Below, in pieces: positions 58,781-64,000 of a stretch of 64,000 nt of DNA; position 1 is the stretch's first letter, and the number at the start of each line of letters is the position of its first letter. Origin of the DNA: Lama guanicoe (lineage: Eukaryota); contig MU056703.1 in NCBI GenBank assembly GCA_013239625.1, positions 2,035,185 through 2,099,184 of the forward strand, read 5' to 3'. The notes under the pieces are model-generated. The model had not been told where the DNA came from, did not search any database, and saw only the letters and a program-made list of their open reading frames with translations. The position numbers and the translations under genes are program-made.

Positions 58781-61700
58781 CCTAAGTCTCCCTCTGGTCT
58801 CGTTTTTCTCCTTCTCGTCTCGGTGTCCTCTTCCTCTTCTGCTGCTGCTTTTGTAGGAACAGTTAACTTGCGCACGTGGAACCAGAGTCCAGAAGAGTCC
58901 AGCGGAGAGGTCCTGTAAGACAGTGCCCAAGCTGGAATTAGCGCGTGGTCCTGAACGGGTTCACGCTCCCTGCTCCATCACCCGTACCACTTCTCCGACC
59001 TCACAGCACGGTTTCAAACCGTTGAACAGTCCTGTCTTGTTCCTCTGTCGGTTCACTTGGGGCCACATGACTTGGGTATTTTTCAAGTGAGGACACTGGA
59101 GCAGCTGCCAAGAGCACTCCTTCCAGCACGATAATTAACCAGCTACGAGTTCGTACCTGTTCAGCCTTTTATGCCGAGTAGCTCCTAAAAGTGTATTTTT
59201 TAACTCAAGGAAGTGGTTTATTCTTCTCCATCGCTTTGATTCAAGACACCAAAATGGATAAGTTTACCAAATGGAAACGGCCAAGTTCACCTGCATTCAA
59301 TTTCCCAAGATTAGAATTTCTTACTTTTTGCTTATCTACTGTTTTAACTTTTTACTGCCTTTCCTTTACTAATGATTTTCTGGGAGAAATTTGATTAGTA
59401 AACCACGTCTTCAAAGCAAACGGTGTAGATTAAACGTACAGAGCTCGCGTTACCCGAGCCCTGGAAGCCTTCACCCTTCGGGGGTCCGGAGCGCGAGGAG
59501 GACCAGTCACCTCAGGAAGGAACAGCTGCTTGCCTGGCTGCAAACGTGCTCGGTGCACCAGAGCAGCCGCAGGCGTGTGTGTTAAGAAGTGTGGCGCCTC
59601 GGAGCTGTACCAGTCCTGGTGCGCTTTCTTCGTGGAGGAGTTGGAAGGAAACCTGAGTCTCCCCGAGGGGCACCCCAGCCCAGAGTCCGGGGCGGAGGCA
59701 GCGCTGCCAGGCCAGCGGCCCACGGAGGGCGCCCGCGCGGCTCGTGAAGTGAGGGGCCCTGGGCCTCGTGCTCGTGTGAATACTCTGTTCTCGCTTGTTT
59801 TCCTGAAGGAGAGAAACATAAATACAGCCAACTTCAGTTACCACTTCAGATTCTACCCGAATGACTGGCCGTGCATCGTAGGAGGCAGAACTGCGTGGAT
59901 GGAACGATACCGGCCCGCCAACTGCCTGTGTCACGGGGAGAACGCAGACCACGCCCGCCCGCGGGCCGCAGGCTCGGGGAGCTGGGCTCAGGGAGGGTCA
60001 GAGGTCCTCCCCAGGGGCTGCTGCGCCACGGCGCGGCGTCGGCCCTCCCTGCCTCCCATCGGGTCACGCACGAGGCCGGGCCCGAGGCCGGGAGGGCTCT
60101 GCCAGCCGGGCCCCCGAATGGCCCGAAGACCAGCATCCGGCTGGTTCCTCCCTCAGAATCCACCCTGTCTGTTCTGCGTGACTTTCCACTAAGATGGGCG
60201 TCCGTGGAGGCTGGATACCGGTGGCCCCGCGGGAACTTGGGAGACTCGTCCGTGGTCGGCGGGGGGGGGGGGTCCGGACTGTTCTCTTCTGCTGCAGTGA
60301 CCAGAGGATCCACGCGCTGAATGAGGGAGCCTGTCACCCGTCCTGACCACCAGGAGATCCGTGGTCACGGCTGCCCCAGCGGAAGGGAGGGCACTGATGC
60401 GGGGCCCACCGGCCTCAGCCCTGGCTGGGCGGGCGGGGAGCAGCCGGGACTTGAAGTTCCCGGGGCTTCGGGCTGCCCCAGGTTGCAGAGATGAAGGTGC
60501 ACCCAACCCGTGCCCCTGGCTCCGTCTCCCCAGCCGCCGGCTCTGGCCTCTCGGCGGGCAGGTCTGCGTCTGCTATCTGTGCTCCCGTGAAACCCTCGCA
60601 GCGAGCAGCACTGGGAGGCGACCCACATTATACTGCGTCTAACACAACTGTGGTGGACTCTCCACCAAGTGAGTGGCCCCGCCGGGCAGACCGTAGACGC
60701 GCAGGCAGCAAACGCCTCAGGGGCACCCAGGTGGGGTGGGGCCCTCTCCTAACAGTCCTGTTTCCACGGGTGGGGTCAGCAGAACCCTGCCCTCTCACGA
60801 GGGACACTGAGGGGCTTCAGAGGGACGGGCCTTCACCTCACTGTGGGGGGCTGGGGAAGAAATGGCCCAGGGCTGCCAACCCACAGAGGCCAGACCCCCC
60901 TTCCCAGGCCCCCAGCTCTGCCCACCCCCACTGTCCGACCCCAGGAGAGGCGGTGGGCAGATGAACATCCCCAGGGATGCTTCGGGACTCAGGGTCCCCC
61001 CAGGGCACCAAAAGCCCCCAGACCAAACCCAAATTCACAGCGTGCGCCCCAGGAAGGGGCGTTTCCTGAAAGGTGGACTTGCTTATACAAAATCTTACAG
61101 TGCCGCTGACTCTAAGTCACGTGGACTCTGAGTTAAATTTTTTTAAATTCTTCCTTCCCTGGAAATAATAAAACCTGAAAAGTCCAGGCATGTGAGTCCT
61201 GGGAAGCCGGCTGCCTCCTGTGCTGGGCTGCCCGTGGCCGTGTGACTGTTCAGGGCACGGGAGCGGGGCGACAGTGGGACGGCTCAGGGAGGCTGCCTGG
61301 CGCCACCGTCGTCTGAGGCCAGGGCTGCCGCCTCCACTGCCGTTTCCCGGTCAAGCAGGAAAGTGCGTCGTAGGCACAAGGGGGAAAAACAGCCACGGAA
61401 GCAGGGCCCAGCGAGACGCGGACGGAGGGAGGCAGTCAGCGACGATGCTGGGAGGAGGGCGGCCACCAACGCTCGAGAGCTGGAGCCACATCGTTCTGCC
61501 CGTGAGGGTGGCACTCCTTCCAGCCTGAGCCAGAGGAAGCGGACCAGCTCCCAGGCTGCGGCTTCAACTGGGAGGAAAGTGGTGGGGCCGCGCCCCGCGC
61601 ACATGCGCGCACGCGGCCCGGGTGCACGCGGACCTCCCTGCGGGACGCCGAGCGCAGCACATCCCTCATTCGCGGCCAAACGGCCGGAAATCTGTCCGCT

Positions 61701-62079
61701 CCGTGTTTCACTTTCAGGGCTAAAGGCAGTGGAAACCCACTTGAGTTGTAGCCAAGCGGTGCTTCCGCCAGTGCAACCGGAGGCTTCTGAAGCTCCGCCC
61801 GTCACCTTCTTTACGCCTGGGCGGGGCTCACGGGACCCGCGTCCCTGCGACCCTCAGGCTTCGTGCTGTCTCGGGATTTAAGCAAAGCAGCCTCTGCTTC
61901 CGGAACACAACGGATTCAAAGGTGCCACCGTTCTGCAACAGTCCTCTGTGCGGCGGGAGGACAATCAGTGTCTCAGCGTGTCTGGGGAGACTTCAAGCCC
62001 GACGGCAGGGGGCTCGTAGGAGGGCAACCCTAGCGCGCACCCCCACGGCGTGCGTCCTGCAGCCGTCCCCGAGTCAGGT

Positions 62080-62185
62080 GTGGCCCCTTTTACAGACGGG
62101 GAGACTGAGGCGGACAGCAGCCGCTCTGAGGGCCCCACAGCCCCGGGCAGCCAGGCGGGGACCCAGCCTGGCTCCAGGGCACAGC
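62080..62185 (-). mobile_element. MIR fragment
   Basis: CCCCTTTTACAGACGGGGAGACTGAGGC...CCCACAGC...GGACCCAG.CTGGCTCCAG. Confidence 0.65.
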
Positions 62186-62298
62186 CGTCGCCACCCGGCC
62201 TCTGGAAGGAACGCAGGAACTGACTCTACGCAGAGCGGATTCACTTTAGAAACAAAACGACAGGTGGGAACGTCTGAGCAAGGATGAAATAAAGGTTC

Positions 62299-62582
62299 NN
62301 NNNNNNNNNNNNNNNNNNNNNNNNNNNNNNNNNNNNNNNNNNNNNNNNNNNNNNNNNNNNNNNNNNNNNNNNNNNNNNNNNNNNNNNNNNNNNNNNNNNN
62401 NNNNNNNNNNNNNNNNNNNNNNNNNNNNNNNNNNNNNNNNNNNNNNNNNNNNNNNNNNNNNNNNNNNNNNNNNNNNNNNNNNNNNNNNNNNNNNNNNNNN
62501 NNNNNNNNNNNNNNNNNNNNNNNNNNNNNNNNNNNNNNNNNNNNNNNNNNNNNNNNNNNNNNNNNNNNNNNNNNNNNNNNNN
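62299..62582. other. Assembly gap (284 N)
   Basis: Run of N. Confidence 1.
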
Positions 62583-64000
62583 CGAGAGTGGTCTGAAACA
62601 CTCTCTTCATTTATTTTGGTCGATGGAAATAATACAAAATCATTGGGACGTGAAAAGCTTAAACAGAGGCAATATTCTGGAGGCTGATATTTAATGTGAT
62701 AAATATCTGAAAGGTTGGGGGTGCCGGGGAGGGGCCTCGGGCCTGACCACTGGCCACTCGGAGCCCCACCTGGGCAGGGGCTGTGGAGCTGTCCCTCCCT
62801 CTGGGCTCAGCCCCGCAAACGTGACATTTCCTTTGATCCCTCATCGACTGTTAGAATTTATAAAGAACACCTGAAGCCGTAAATCAAATGTCAGGTCGAA
62901 TTCTGGTGGAACCATGTCAGTACTTCACAGTGTGTGGTTTGCCCGGTGGCTGCAGGGACCTCAGCCAGGCCGACGTGGCATCCAGGGTGCCCCAGGCCCC
63001 GGGCAGCATGGAAACCCTGTGCCCTGCGCTCGGGCCAGGCCTGACGTTTCCCCACTGCCCGCCAGCTCACAGGTGCGTGGGGACCTGTGGCAGACGCCCC
63101 AGGACTGCAGAGCCCCCTCCCCCGCCTCTCTGAGGAGCGGAGGGGGGAGGGCCGTGGGGTTTCCACGCGGTGGAGCTCGGCCGGGGAGAGCAGACGTCCC
63201 CGCCCTCGTCCTTCCAGGCGGGCGTTTCTTCCCCTCTTTTCATCCCGAGGTGGAAGAAATCTCCAGAAAATTCTGCACCAACAGTGAAACGTGCAGGAGC
63301 AGAGGCCCCGTGAGCTTCACCCTGAGCCCCCCAGGGAAGCAGCCCAGGCGTGGGGCCCACTGGGTTCGGGTGTGTCTCCTCGGGAACCTCTGACCCTTCC
63401 TAGCATCTGGAGGAATTTCCATGGTTTCTGTTTTGCTTGTTCGTGGGCAAGCGTCTCCCGTCCCCAGGATGGAGCAGGTTACCCACACGTCCAGGCAGGC
63501 TCAGGTCAGACGAGGGGGGGTCCTGCGCTCTGCACGCTGCACGTCCGCACCTGGGGTTTGCAGCCCACCGCCCCCCTACCCGGGCCTTGCCCTCGGGGTG
63601 GGTGAGGGGGCAGACACAGCAGGGCCTAGGGGGAGGGTGTCCTGGGAGGAAGGGCCGGGGGCAGGGAAGTCCCTGGGTGGATGCCGGGGGATGGGAGCCT
63701 CCCCGTGTGGAAGCACTTCCTCCCAGGCCATCAGTGGCCTCCACTGGGTGGGCACCAGGCGTGTGGGGAAGACGTTGCTGCTGAAAGGGGGAGTCCAAGA
63801 AAACAGCTACTTCTCGGTTTTGCTGAGAAAAGTGGGACCAAGGTGTCAGGGGTGTAACAGCCCCAAGTCACCAGCACCTGGTCTGAAGCTCCCTGAGTTC
63901 CGGCCTCACCACACTCCCTGGCTCTCCTTTCCGCGCCACAGGCTGACACTAGAAATCACCCCGTGGAACATTGCAGATAACTGGCTTCCAGGCCGCGGTG

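Larger units (their letters stand above)
1..64000 (+). other. ADARB2: Internal portion of the ADARB2 (ADAR3) gene: 3' end of intron 1, exon 2, intron 2, exon 3, 5' part of intron 3
   Basis: Two phase-compatible ADARB2 coding exons on the + strand. Neither exon 1 (R-domain) nor deaminase-domain exons were recognised, consistent with the very long introns 1 and 3 of this gene. Confidence 0.9.

Noticed and set aside
62074-62610. 178-aa ORF spanning X residues
   Set aside because: Artefact of translating through the N gap.
1-64000. The several hundred other 60-270 aa ORFs
   Set aside because: Expected from low stop-codon frequency in GC-rich DNA. Repetitive peptides map to simple repeats, and none resembles a known family apart from degraded L1 pieces.
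38954-64000. ADARB2 exon 4 or deaminase exons
   Set aside because: No (E/D)FADS-like reading frame with splice sites was recognised; probably beyond the window. The 284-nt gap cannot be assessed.

Overview
Mammalian genomic DNA with no prokaryotic features. It is GC- and CpG-rich and very probably camelid, since it carries Vic-1-like tRNA-derived SINEs and cetartiodactyl-type L1 and LTR repeats. The window lies inside ADARB2 (ADAR3, the brain-expressed, catalytically inactive ADAR) on the + strand. Two coding exons are supported: exon 2 at 32206-32292 (87 nt, absent from the ORF track) and the large exon 3 at 38079-38953 (875 nt, basic KRKR motif plus both dsRBDs). Everything else is intron: the end of intron 1, intron 2 (5786 nt) and the start of intron 3. 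The introns hold L1, L2, MIR, MaLR/ERV1 LTR and DNA-transposon remnants, microsatellites, minisatellites and a 284-nt assembly gap. Nearly all ORFs in the track are GC-rich noise. I found no convincing new protein-coding system. The most interesting structure is a composite, promoter-like module at about 28090-29500, roughly 3-4 kb upstream of exon 2. It combines an intact antisense solo LTR (TATA, 2 octamers, 5 CCAAT boxes), a 10-bp tandem repeat giving five helically phased ETS sites, a CpG-rich stretch with a full CRE, and an ATG-to-donor segment in frame with exon 2. Repeat family names and comparisons to human come from recalled consensus sequences, not from searches, and need checking with RepeatMasker/Dfam and BLAST.
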